Below, piece after piece: positions 1-8,584 of a stretch of DNA of 43,169 bases (positions within the stretch are counted from its first letter, which is position 1; each line of letters begins with the position of its first letter). Position numbers and translations under genes: made by a program. The notes below the pieces were generated by a model. It was given only the letters and a program-made list of their open reading frames with translations. It was not told the origin of the DNA and made no database searches. This stretch comes from Nitriliruptorales bacterium (lineage in GTDB: Bacteria; Actinomycetota; Nitriliruptoria; Nitriliruptorales; Nitriliruptoraceae). The stretch spans positions 1-43,169 of the forward strand of contig DASWKO010000007.1 in the NCBI GenBank assembly GCA_036396595.1, given 5' to 3'.

Positions 1-1
1 T

Positions 2-607
2 GCGGTCGAGCAGCGGGTGCCGGTGCAGGTGGCGGGCCGGTCGTCGACCCGGTCGCGGTCGATGTCGGCCAGGACGATGTGGCGCCTGGCGTGTGCGGCG
101 GGGATGGTCGCCGCGATCCACGACGCCGAGGGTCGCCTGACCGCGATGTCGGGCAGGACCAGCCGGGTGCCGCCCCGCCTGATGCGGGCGTTGCGGACGC
201 GGGACCGACGGTGTCGCTACCCCGGGTGCGGGGCGACCCGCTGGGTCGAGGCGCATCACATCCACGAGGTGTCCAAGGGCGGCAAGACCCGGCTGAACAA
301 TCTCGTGTTGTTGTGCGTCCGTCACCATCACGTGGTGCACGACCAGGGTGTGACCATCCTGCACGACGGGCGGGGACGGATGCGGTTCGTGCTGGCCGAC
401 GGCACCCGGCTCGATCCCTCGCCGCTGCTACCGGGCGCTTCCGCGGAAGCGCCACCGCTGGCCCCGGCCGACGACCGTGCTCGGGACCCGGGCGTGCTGC
501 AACCCACCGCCTATCAGCAGCGCATCGACCTGGCCGCCTGCGTGGACATCCTGCTCCAGGAACTCGACCTGCTCGAGTACCCCACCAGGATCACCGCCGC
601 CGCCTGA
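2..607 (+). CDS. HNH endonuclease, DUF222/REP13E12-like (partial, 5' end outside window)
   Basis: Frame is open from the window edge. HNH-type motif RCRYPGCGATRWVEAHHIHEVSKGGKTRLNNLVLLCVRHHHVVH. G/C-rich third positions. Confidence 0.75.
   Translation, partial: AVEQRVPVQVAGRSSTRSRSMSARTMWRLACAAGMVAAIHDAEGRLTAMSGRTSRVPPRLMRALRTRDRRCRYPGCGATRWVEAHHIHEVSKGGKTRLNNLVLLCVRHHHVVHDQGVTILHDGRGRMRFVLADGTRLDPSPLLPGASAEAPPLAPADDRARDPGVLQPTAYQQRIDLAACVDILLQELDLLEYPTRITAAA
435..452. repeat. 18-bp perfect palindrome GCGCTTCCGCGGAAGCGC, copy 1 (inside the HNH ORF; extends to 20 bp at 434-453)
   Basis: Read directly; identical 18-mer recurs at 623-640. Confidence 0.95.
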
Positions 608-622
608 CCAGCCGACCGCCAA

Positions 623-640
623 GCGCTTCCGCGGAAGCGC
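623..640. repeat. 18-bp perfect palindrome GCGCTTCCGCGGAAGCGC, copy 2 (16 nt after the HNH stop); degenerate third copy GCTACCGCGGAAT at 663-675
   Basis: Read directly; exact repeat of 435-452. Confidence 0.95.
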
Positions 641-780
641 CCGTCGCCCGTGTGAGCAGTTCGCTACCGCGGAATCCCAGGATTGGGCTGCAACCGCCGA
701 GGTGCCGTTCGACATCGACTTCCTCGAGCGGCAGCGGTTCCGCGAGGACCCGTACCTCGGCCGGGGCTAGTGCGATTGTC

Positions 781-797
781 CGCTGACGTTGTCAGCG
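781..797. terminator. Short perfect hairpin CGCTGAC-GTT-GTCAGCG between the convergent HNH gene and the small ORF (possible weak bidirectional terminator)
   Basis: 7-bp stem with 3-nt loop seen in sequence; no convincing U-tail on either strand. Confidence 0.2.
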
Positions 798-805
798 CTC
801 GGGCT

Positions 806-931
806 TTAGGTGACGACCCGGCCGGACTGTTCCTTGGCTTGCTTCTTGTCGCGCTTGGCTTGACGTTTCTCCTTGGCCGTGCTGGATGCTGCCGTCTTGG
901 CGCTCTTGCCGCCCTTGTCCTTGCTGGCCAT
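806..931 (-). CDS. Small Lys-rich basic protein, 41 aa (MASKDKGGKSAKTAASSTAKEKRQAKRDKKQAKEQSGRVVT)
   Basis: ATG at 931 preceded by GGGAGGAG with 8-nt spacing. About 33 of 41 codons end in G/C. Below the length cutoff of the ORF track. The competing 73-aa ORF 792-1013 is in another frame and has shadow-like composition. Confidence 0.45.
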   Translation of the reverse strand: MASKDKGGKSAKTAASSTAKEKRQAKRDKKQAKEQSGRVVT

Positions 932-1009
932 GTGGTCTTCTCCTCCCGCCCTCGTGGCGGATCCCGACCACTCTCGCACACCCTGGCACGTCCTGCTCGT
1001 CCTCGTTGC

Positions 1010-1417
1010 TCACCGGGTGGTGAAGATCTCGAGCTGGACGCCGTCAGGATCGCGCAGCTCGATCATCCAGCCCCACCCCTCGACCTGCTTGATGCCGGAG
1101 TGCTCCACCCCGGCGGCGTCGAGGTGCTCGACCCACGGCGTGAGCAGCTCGTGGCTGCTCACGTGGAAGGCGAGGTGGTCCAGCCCGCTGCGGGTGGGGT
1201 CGAAGGCCGTACCGTCCGACGCGTCGTGCGCCTGGAGGCTGACGGCCACCCGCCCCGCCAGCAGCATCGCCTGGCGACCCGCGAACACCTCGCCGTCGCT
1301 GGGCTCGCTCAGCACCGGCAGGCCCAGGACGTCGCGGTAGAACGCCACGCTTCGGTCCAGGTCGCACACCGACAGCGAGAGGTGGCTGACGCCCTTGATC
1401 GCTGCTGCCTCGTCCAA
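1010..1417 (-). CDS. VOC family protein (glyoxalase/bleomycin resistance/dioxygenase fold)
   Basis: GVSHLSLSVCDLDRSVAFYRDVLGL ... GLDHLAFHV ... IELRDPDGVQLEIF pattern typical of the VOC fold. TTG start with AGGAGGGA upstream. Confidence 0.85.
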   Translation of the reverse strand: MDEAAAIKGVSHLSLSVCDLDRSVAFYRDVLGLPVLSEPSDGEVFAGRQAMLLAGRVAVSLQAHDASDGTAFDPTRSGLDHLAFHVSSHELLTPWVEHLDAAGVEHSGIKQVEGWGWMIELRDPDGVQLEIFTTR

Positions 1418-1613
1418 CGCGCTCCCTCCTGGGTCCGAGCCAGCAGCCTACGTCCGGGCACGCCGCCCGAGGAAACCCCAGAGGAACCACCGTCGAGTGT
1501 GCTCCCACGTGCCGCCCGTGGGGCCTTCCTGCTGGATGCCCAAGGCAGGATCGTCGTGTCCGTCTCGTACTGAGCCGGAGCCCACCTCGCCTCGCGCTCG
1601 TGTACCGAGCCGA

Positions 1614-1910
1614 TCACACCAGCTCGCTGAGGGTGACCTCGAACCGCTCCACCGAGACGACCGACCCGTCGGCCTGCTCCGTGCTCTCGTTGCGGAGACG
1701 ATCCGCGTCGGCCTCGCTGGCGCGCAGTGCCTCCTCGCTGTCCCACAGCGTGATCGACATCGTCCTGCCCGAGGTGCGGTCGGCCACCGCGTAGATGCCG
1801 CGGTAGCCGGGGATGCCGCGCACCTTCGGCAGGATGCTCTCGCGCACGTACGCCGTCGACGGGTCGATGGCTTCCGGAGCGCCTTCGTAGGTGCTGATGC
1901 GTGCCCACAT
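1614..1910 (-). CDS. ABM (antibiotic biosynthesis monooxygenase-like) small ferredoxin-fold protein
   Basis: 98 aa with good codon bias; the MWARISTYEG...LWDSEEALRASE pattern resembles the ABM/Dabb family. Confidence 0.55.
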   Translation of the reverse strand: MWARISTYEGAPEAIDPSTAYVRESILPKVRGIPGYRGIYAVADRTSGRTMSITLWDSEEALRASEADADRLRNESTEQADGSVVSVERFEVTLSELV

Positions 1911-2011
1911 GTCACAGTCCTCCGTCGTAGGGAGCGAACGCCTCGACTATCGCCCTGTCGGGCCGCATCCGCAATCGGGTGAACGCCCCATCCTGCGCGA
2001 CGGCCTCTGCC

Positions 2012-3550
2012 TCATCGGAGCAGGTGATGCTCCATCGCGAACACGGCGGCGGCGGCGCGGCTCGACACGCCGATCTTGGTGTAGATGTGCTCCACGTGTG
2101 AGCCGACGGTCTTGGGGGAGATGACGAGCTGATCCGCGACCTCGCGATTGGTCCGACCCCGCGACAGCAGGCGGAGCACCTCCACCTCGCGGTCGGTCAA
2201 GCCCGATGGCCAGACGTCGACGCCCCGCCTGACGTGGCCGGCGGCCTCCAGCACGGCCTCGACCACCCGAGGCTCCAGCCGGCCGTCGGCAGCCTCGCGA
2301 CGAAGCTCCGCAGCGGCCTCGCCGGCGGAGCGGGCGGGTCGGTACGCGCGCTCCTGGGTCATCGCCTGGTAGGCGTCGGCGGCGGCGAGGATCCGGTGTG
2401 CCGACGCCTGCTCGTTGCCTCCGCTGCCCCGGTGGTAGCCGGTGCCGTCGAGCCGCTCGTGGTGCGCGCACGCCAGGGAGGCGATCCGTGTCAGGGGCGC
2501 GCACGGCGCCAGGACCCGTTCGGTGAGATAGGGGTGCAGGCGCACGCGTTCCCGGTCGCCGCGAGACAGTGGGCCGGGCCGATCCCACACCGACAAGGGG
2601 ACGCCGACCCGACCCAGGTCGTGGACCAACGCGGCGCGGCCCAGGGACGTCACCGTCGACGGGTCGAGGTGACAGATCGCGCCGGCATCGCCGGCGAGCT
2701 GGGCAACGCCCCGCGAGTGTCCTCGCGTGTACGGCGACTTCAGGTCGGTGAAGTCAGCGAAGGCCTCGAGCGCCGCGTCGAGCGCGCGGTCGTCGATGCG
2801 GATGGGGGGGAGCGGCTCGGCGTCGAGCACGAGTTCCCACAGCGCATCGGCACCGGGGTCCACCGGTGCGACCGGGCCGTCGCTCAACAGTGCGTCGACG
2901 ACCTGTGGGTCGTAGGCGTGCCCGCGGCGGCGCCGGAGCACCTCGCCGGCCGTCTCCGGGTCGGTCGCCTCGGCCCACAGCTCCGCGTCGCGGGCAACGA
3001 TCACGATCCGGATCGCCGCCGGCACCTCCTCTCCCGCCAGCTCCCCGGGGATGCCGCGGCCGTCCCACCGCTCGAACGCGTGTCGCAGCGCGCGGTCGAT
3101 GCTCGGTCCCATCCCCAGCCGCGACGCGAACCTGCTCGCGACCTCGCAGTCCGCGGAGAGCGTCCGCTCAGCGCCATCGGTGTCCGCGAGCGCACGCACG
3201 ACCGCCGCGGCGCGCCGGAGCGGCGGCAGTTCCCGGCCGACCTCGGAGACGAAGGTCGTCATCATCTCACGCATGCCTCCCATGAACACCGGCGCCATCG
3301 CCGCCAGGAAGGCGATCTCGTCGCCCCCGACGGTGCGGACGTGGTCCTCCGAGGTGGCCGTGCACCCGATGAAGCGCAGGAGCGACACGTAGTAGACGTC
3401 GCGCAGCTCGTCGGACGGCAGCGCGAGGGACCGCCCCACCCGCACGGCACGAAGACAGGTCCGCAGCGTGTGCTCGAGCGGCTGGCCCGTCCCGAGGTCG
3501 GCCGCGAGCGACAGGCCCGCGACGATCTCGGCCAGCCGCAGGTCGGACAC
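2012..3550 (-). CDS. HD-GYP-type phosphohydrolase domain protein with C-terminal LuxR-family HTH
   Basis: Canonical half has VHDLGRVGV ... HHERLDGTGYHRG. N-terminal half is degenerate (LRFIGC, ERWDGRGIPG). C-terminus is LTDREVEVLRLLSRGRTNREVADQLVISPKTVGSHVEHIYTKIGV. GTG start at 3550. Confidence 0.85.
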   Translation of the reverse strand: MSDLRLAEIVAGLSLAADLGTGQPLEHTLRTCLRAVRVGRSLALPSDELRDVYYVSLLRFIGCTATSEDHVRTVGGDEIAFLAAMAPVFMGGMREMMTTFVSEVGRELPPLRRAAAVVRALADTDGAERTLSADCEVASRFASRLGMGPSIDRALRHAFERWDGRGIPGELAGEEVPAAIRIVIVARDAELWAEATDPETAGEVLRRRRGHAYDPQVVDALLSDGPVAPVDPGADALWELVLDAEPLPPIRIDDRALDAALEAFADFTDLKSPYTRGHSRGVAQLAGDAGAICHLDPSTVTSLGRAALVHDLGRVGVPLSVWDRPGPLSRGDRERVRLHPYLTERVLAPCAPLTRIASLACAHHERLDGTGYHRGSGGNEQASAHRILAAADAYQAMTQERAYRPARSAGEAAAELRREAADGRLEPRVVEAVLEAAGHVRRGVDVWPSGLTDREVEVLRLLSRGRTNREVADQLVISPKTVGSHVEHIYTKIGVSSRAAAAVFAMEHHLLR

Positions 3551-3698
3551 CGTGATCCCGATCCGCGCCCGTGCGTCGGCGCATCATCCGGTTGACGAGT
3601 ATCGCACGGGTGCCCGCGAACGCGGCGTCGCGGTTGGTCAGGCTCTGGAGGCAGTACGTCTCGGCGCACGTCCCCAGACCGCAGCCAGGGTATGCAGC

Positions 3699-4313
3699 TC
3701 AGCGCCAGGCGAAGGGTGGCTCGTCGAGGTGGGCCACCCGGGTGTCGCGGCCGTGCAAGGCCACCTCGCGCACCTGGTAGAGCACGGCGGCGGTCGGCGC
3801 GTGGATCAGGTGGTCGCCGATGGGCATCTGGATCCCTGGCCGGTCGCTCTCGGGGATCGAGATGAACCGGGGCGCGTCGTCGCGATCGAGCTCGGTGAGC
3901 GGGACATGGTGGACCTCGGCGACCTCGGCCGGGTCGGGGGTCACCGTGGTGCCCGGAACCGCCCAGACCACCACCGGCGTGATCCGGTAGCCCGAGCGTG
4001 TGGGGTAGTCGTCGAGCACCCCGAGCACCTCGACGCCGGTGACGCCGACCTCTTCCTCGAGCTCACGGCGCGCGGCCTCGACCGCGGACTCGCCGGGGTC
4101 GACGCTGCCGCCCGGCAAGGCCCACTGGCCGCCGTGGGCGTTCAGTCGGGATGCTCGCCGGGTGAGGAGGAAGCAGGCCCGTCCGGCGTCGTCGCCGATG
4201 ACGGTGAAGGCGACCGCCGCGTGACGCAGCTCGCGGTCCTCGACCTCGGTCCGCTCGTGCGCAGCCAGGTGGTGCCGCAAGCGGGCACGCAGGTCGTCGT
4301 CGGCAACGAGCAA
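3699..4313 (-). CDS. NUDIX hydrolase
   Basis: Nudix box LPGGSVDPGESAVEAARRELEEEVGV. I prefer the TTG start at 4313 (AGGAGG 5 nt upstream) over the track's 4430. Confidence 0.8.
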   Translation of the reverse strand: MLVADDDLRARLRHHLAAHERTEVEDRELRHAAVAFTVIGDDAGRACFLLTRRASRLNAHGGQWALPGGSVDPGESAVEAARRELEEEVGVTGVEVLGVLDDYPTRSGYRITPVVVWAVPGTTVTPDPAEVAEVHHVPLTELDRDDAPRFISIPESDRPGIQMPIGDHLIHAPTAAVLYQVREVALHGRDTRVAHLDEPPFAWR

Positions 4314-4449
4314 CGAAGCCTCCTGAGGGATGTGCGGGCACGGGCCCGCACGGCGGCGGGCCGGGAGTATGCGGCGCGTACCGGGCCGGGCGCGACGCCG
4401 GCACCGGACGGCAGGGGCCTGGGCCGGCACGTGACGGCCAGCGCCGCCC

Positions 4450-5679
4450 TCAGGCGGCCGGGGTGATCGCGAGCCGGAGGCGTTGGCGGAGCACGAACGT
4501 GGTGGGCAGTAGCAGCGCGGCCAGGCCCAGCACGCACAGCCCGACGTAGCCGACGACGTCGAGCAGGAGTCCGGCTCCGAGTGAGGCGGTGGCCGACGCG
4601 AGCCACACGGCGGTCTCGACCCGTCCCTGGACCGATGCGCGCACGGCAGCGGGGATCCCCCGGCTGAGCAGGGTGCTCCCCGCGACGAACCCGAACGACC
4701 AGCCGAGCCCCAGCAGGAACAGCGCCAGGCCCATCAGCATCCCACCGACTGGCGCCCCCGCGGCCAGGACCGCCGCGGCCGCCAGCGTCCCCAACGAGAT
4801 CGCGATGGCATGCAGGCTGCCGTGGCGGTCCTCGACCCAGCCCGCCAAGGGCGCCAGCGCATACATCCCGAAGATGTGTGCCGACAGGATCAGCCCGATG
4901 CGGCCCAGGTCCCCGCCCGCCTCGCGGATGTGGACCGGCGTCATGGACATCAGCCACACCATCACGACCTGGCCCGTGACCATCACGGTGATCGCCACGC
5001 GCACGGTCGGCAACCGCCACAGCGGGACCGTGTCCGGTCCGTCCGCGGTGGGTTCGGGGGCCGCCTCGGCGACCGCGAGCGCTCCGGGGTCGGGGCGCAG
5101 GACGGCCTGGTAGCCCAGCGCCACAACGAGCATCGCGATCGCACCCACGGCGTAGGCGCCGGCGAGCTCGGGCTGACCCGCAGCCTCTGCGGCGCGCCCT
5201 GCCGGAGCGATCAGGCTCGGACCGGCCACGCCGCCGATGGTGCCCGCCCACACGATCCAGCCCAGCGCGCGACCGCGGTGCTGCGCCTCGTGCAGGTCGG
5301 CCACCACGTAGCGGGTGAGCTGGGTGGCGGCGTGCCCGAGCCCGAACAGCCCGGCGCCCAGGAGCAGGAGCGGGAACGAGCCCACCCGCAGCGCGCTGAA
5401 CGCGAGCACGGCGCCGGCCACGCCCAGGAGGTAGCCGGCGGTCAGGCCGGTCCGACGGTCCACCCGTCGCAGGATGACGCTGACGACGCTGGCGCCCACG
5501 GCGGTGCCGACGATGCCGGCGGCGCCGGGCAGCCCGCTCCAGGTCACCGCGCCGGTCAGATCCTCTGCGGCCAGCGGCGCGACGGCCAGGCCCGAGAAGA
5601 ACCCGGTCGTGGCCAGGGCCGCGCCGCCGAACAGGATGCGCCCGGCCCGTGCGCGGCTACGTGAGGCGTCGGCGCCCAT
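4450..5679 (-). CDS. MFS transporter
   Basis: About 12 hydrophobic segments; loop motif RRVDRRTG between TM2 and TM3. Confidence 0.8.
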   Translation of the reverse strand: MGADASRSRARAGRILFGGAALATTGFFSGLAVAPLAAEDLTGAVTWSGLPGAAGIVGTAVGASVVSVILRRVDRRTGLTAGYLLGVAGAVLAFSALRVGSFPLLLLGAGLFGLGHAATQLTRYVVADLHEAQHRGRALGWIVWAGTIGGVAGPSLIAPAGRAAEAAGQPELAGAYAVGAIAMLVVALGYQAVLRPDPGALAVAEAAPEPTADGPDTVPLWRLPTVRVAITVMVTGQVVMVWLMSMTPVHIREAGGDLGRIGLILSAHIFGMYALAPLAGWVEDRHGSLHAIAISLGTLAAAAVLAAGAPVGGMLMGLALFLLGLGWSFGFVAGSTLLSRGIPAAVRASVQGRVETAVWLASATASLGAGLLLDVVGYVGLCVLGLAALLLPTTFVLRQRLRLAITPAA

Positions 5680-5788
5680 CGGTGGCCCTCTGAGGGATGC
5701 GCCAGCGTAGTCGTGGCCGACGCCTGCACGACCGCGTCGGGGGCCCTGTCACGTCCGGACAGAGCCTCGCAGAGCGGGGCGCCGCGCG

Positions 5789-6355
5789 TCAGCCGTAGTT
5801 GGCGGATCCCTCGTCGGCATCTTGCTCATCGTTGCCGGCAGCGGCCATCTTCGTGCCGTCGGGCGCGAGCACCCACCACACGTCACCGACCCCCTGGCCG
5901 TTGACGTCACCCGGTGCCGAGTCGCCAGCGAAGTAGTAGAGGGGGTGGCCCGCGTAGGTGACCTGGGTCGAGCCGTCGGTGCGCTGCGTGGTCCCGAGCA
6001 GGCTTGCGTCGAGTTCGCCGGTCGCGGTGGCTGCGCCCGTCAGGGCTGGCCAGTTCGCGGCGCACTGGTCGTAGCAGGTGCTCTCGCCGTCGGTGTCGTT
6101 GTCGAACACGTAGAGCGTGCGCCCGTCGTCGTCGGCCAGGATCGTGCCCAGATCGGTGGACGCCGTGGCCAGCGTCACGTCCCCGTCGGTGGTGTCCCCG
6201 TCGGTGTCGTCGTCGGTGGTGGCACCGGCTGTCGTGGCACCGTCGGTGGTGTCGGCGCTGCCGGAGCTACCGGCACCTGGATCGTCGCCGCCGCCGCACG
6301 CTGCCAGCAGCAACGCGACGGTCGCGATCAAGGCGGACAGGGTCTTGGCTCGCAC
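5789..6355 (-). CDS. Secreted lipoprotein, COG4315-like (Y-x-F-x-x-D repeat family)
   Basis: Signal peptide plus lipobox LLLAAC. Repeats TLYVFDNDT and HPLYYFAGDS. GTG start at 6355 with GAGGGGA upstream is preferred to 6487. Confidence 0.75.
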   Translation of the reverse strand: MRAKTLSALIATVALLLAACGGGDDPGAGSSGSADTTDGATTAGATTDDDTDGDTTDGDVTLATASTDLGTILADDDGRTLYVFDNDTDGESTCYDQCAANWPALTGAATATGELDASLLGTTQRTDGSTQVTYAGHPLYYFAGDSAPGDVNGQGVGDVWWVLAPDGTKMAAAGNDEQDADEGSANYG

Positions 6356-6504
6356 GGTGATTCCCCTCGGTCGGTCCGGTCGGTCAACATGGTCTACGCA
6401 CGCCACGTACGCACGGTTCAGTTCACTGGACCACCCGGTCCGTGCTGCGATGGGTGCAGGTCCCACGTGATAGCGCGCGTACGGCACCCATCACACCTGC
6501 TCGT

Positions 6505-7080
6505 TCACGAGCGACTGGACAGTAGTGCCCGGGTGGTCAGGTCCAGATCCCCGAGCAGTTCCTCGGTGGTGGCGCGCTCGCTGGCCCAGCCGGCCAGGCA
6601 GCCGACCAGGAGCGTCTCCAGCGTGCGCGCGACGGCCTGGTCGCCGGGCCGCTGGTCGTTCTCGGGCCCCCACATCGCCAGGACCAGCAGTTCGCGCAGG
6701 GTCTGGCCGGCCGCACGGCGCAGCTCCTCCGCCTCGGGGCCCGCGGTGAGGTAGGCCCGCAGCATCGCATCGGCTGCGGGCGGGCTGGCCGCCCACGTGT
6801 AGGCGATGTGGTGCAGCACGTGGCGCACCCGGGGGACCGGTCCGTCGCCCGGCGGGGGCTCGTCCGCCAGCTCCTGCCGGAGGCGTTCCAGCTCGCGCGT
6901 CATGAGCGCCAGCACCAGGTGCGCCTTGCTGGCGTGGTGGCGGTACAGGGTCGACAGCGACACGCCGGCGCCGCGGGCGACGTCACGCATCTGCAGCGTG
7001 TCCAGACCGCCCTTGGCAGCCAGGAGCCGCGCGGTCTCCAGGATGCGCTCACGCCTGGCGAGCTGGCGTGCCGTCGGCAC
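6505..7080 (-). CDS. TetR/AcrR family transcriptional regulator
   Basis: N-terminal HTH RERILETARLLAAKGGLDTLQMRDVARGAGVSLSTLYRHH. GTG at 7080 follows GAGGAGG. Confidence 0.85.
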   Translation of the reverse strand: MPTARQLARRERILETARLLAAKGGLDTLQMRDVARGAGVSLSTLYRHHASKAHLVLALMTRELERLRQELADEPPPGDGPVPRVRHVLHHIAYTWAASPPAADAMLRAYLTAGPEAEELRRAAGQTLRELLVLAMWGPENDQRPGDQAVARTLETLLVGCLAGWASERATTEELLGDLDLTTRALLSSRS

Positions 7081-7141
7081 GGACACCTCCTCCTCGTGAC
7101 CCTGACCGGAGTCTCGTGCGGGGGTCGTAGGGTACGCTCCG

Positions 7142-7171
7142 CAGGAAACGAGAACGTGTTCCCGTTTCCTG
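7142..7171. promoter_or_regulatory. Candidate TetR operator: imperfect 30-bp palindrome CAGGAAACGAGAACG/TGTTCCCGTTTCCTG
   Basis: 13 of 15 positions are symmetric. Lies in the 133-nt divergent spacer between the TetR gene and the GT4 gene. Confidence 0.45.
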
Positions 7172-7213
7172 TGTCCGTCGTAGCCTCGCGCGCACCCGCC
7201 ACCAGGCCTCACG

Positions 7214-8503
7214 TTGACCCGTCCGCTCCGGATCGCCCTGCTGACCTACCGCGGCCACCCGTACGTCGGAGGTCAGGGCGTCTACGTGCGCAACCTCTCG
7301 CGCGAGCTGGTGCGGCGGGGACACCAGGTGGAGGTGGTCTCGGGGCAGCCCTACCCGGTCCTGGACGATGGAGTGGTGCTCCACGAGCTGCCCAGCCTGG
7401 ACCTCTACGACCCCGTGCGACCCTTCCGCAGGCCAGCCCGCGACGAGTACCGCGACACCGTCGACGTGGTCGAGCGCGCGATCATGCTGACCGGTGGCTA
7501 CCCGGAGCCCCTGACGTTCAGCCTCCGGGCCCACCGGTGGCTGCGTGAGCACCGGGACCGCTTCGACCTCGTGCACGACAACCAGACGCTGGGCTACGGG
7601 CTCCTGGGCATCCCCGCGTTGGGGCTGCCGGTCGTCGAGACCATCCACCATCCCATCACGGTGGACCGGCGCATCGAGGTCGCGGCGGCCCCGACCCGGG
7701 GACGTCGCATGGGCGTGCGGCGCTGGTACGGCTTCGTGGGGATGCAGGGCCGGGTGGCCCGGCGGCTCCGGCACATCGTCACGGTCTCCGAACAGTCCCG
7801 TGCAGATCTGATCCGCGAGCTCGGGATCCGGCCCGAGCGACTGGACGTCACCCACGTCGGGGTCGATCCCTCCACGTTCCGCCCGCGGCCGGACGTCGCG
7901 CGCGTGCCGGGACGCATCGTGACCACCGCGAGCTCGGACTCGACGTTGAAGGGCGGGCGCGTCCTGGTCGAGGCGGTCGCCCGGCTGAGGTGCCAGCGCG
8001 ACGACCTCGAGCTGTGCTTCGTCGGTCGCCCACGCGCGGGAGGTCCGCTGGAGCAGGCGATCGACCGGCTGGGCCTGGCCACGACCGTGTCCTTCCACAG
8101 CGGCATCAGGGACGAGGAGCTCGTGAGGTTGTTGGCGTCGGCGTCGGTGGCCGTCGTGCCCTCCCTGTACGAGGGCTTCTGCCTGCCGGCTGCCGAGGCG
8201 ATGGCGTGCGGCACCCCCCTGGTGGCGTCGCGCGCCGGCGCGCTGCCCGAGGTCGTCGGGTCCGACGGCCAGGCGGGGCTGCTGGTCCCACCCGGCGATC
8301 CGGACGCACTGGCAGCCGCCCTGGGCCGCGTGCTCGACGACGAGGTGCTTGCCCGCCGGCTGGGCACCACCGCGCACCACCGGGTCCTGGCCCGGTTCAC
8401 CTGGGACCGGACGGCCGCGGCGACCGAAGCGGTCTACACGCGAGCGTTGGGACTGCCGACCGCGGCTGGCCGCCCGACCGCCGTGCTGGCGGCCGAGCGC
8501 TGA
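7214..8503 (+). CDS. Glycosyltransferase family 4 (GT-B fold)
   Basis: N-terminus IALLTYRGHPYVGGQGVYVRNLSRELVRRGHQV. C-terminal E-x7-E region SLYEGFCLPAAEAMACGTPLVASRAG. Confidence 0.85.
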   Translation: MTRPLRIALLTYRGHPYVGGQGVYVRNLSRELVRRGHQVEVVSGQPYPVLDDGVVLHELPSLDLYDPVRPFRRPARDEYRDTVDVVERAIMLTGGYPEPLTFSLRAHRWLREHRDRFDLVHDNQTLGYGLLGIPALGLPVVETIHHPITVDRRIEVAAAPTRGRRMGVRRWYGFVGMQGRVARRLRHIVTVSEQSRADLIRELGIRPERLDVTHVGVDPSTFRPRPDVARVPGRIVTTASSDSTLKGGRVLVEAVARLRCQRDDLELCFVGRPRAGGPLEQAIDRLGLATTVSFHSGIRDEELVRLLASASVAVVPSLYEGFCLPAAEAMACGTPLVASRAGALPEVVGSDGQAGLLVPPGDPDALAAALGRVLDDEVLARRLGTTAHHRVLARFTWDRTAAATEAVYTRALGLPTAAGRPTAVLAAER

Positions 8504-8584
8504 TCGCCTGTGGTGTGGCCCGGTGCGAACGGACAGGTAGGGCAACTTTCCTCGCGGCGCCCGAGGTGGTAGTAGTACCGGTTC

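Noticed and set aside
654-770. Protein-like frame EQFATAESQDWAATAEVPFDIDFLERQRFREDPYLGRG downstream of the HNH gene
   Set aside because: The only in-frame start after the HNH stop is GTG 702, giving 22 codons with no RBS. It is more likely a decayed remnant than a gene, and is mentioned only as context for the palindrome finding.
792-1013. 73-aa minus-strand ORF from the track
   Set aside because: It has no RBS and an odd Gly/Arg/Gln-rich composition. It overlaps the VOC gene stop region. The alternative 41-codon frame (806-931) has a strong SD and better codon bias.
8537-8547. 11-mer GGTAGGGCAAC shared between 8537-8547 and about 14294-14304
   Set aside because: Hundreds of shared 11-mers are expected by chance in a 43-kb window when both strands are considered, so it is not significant.
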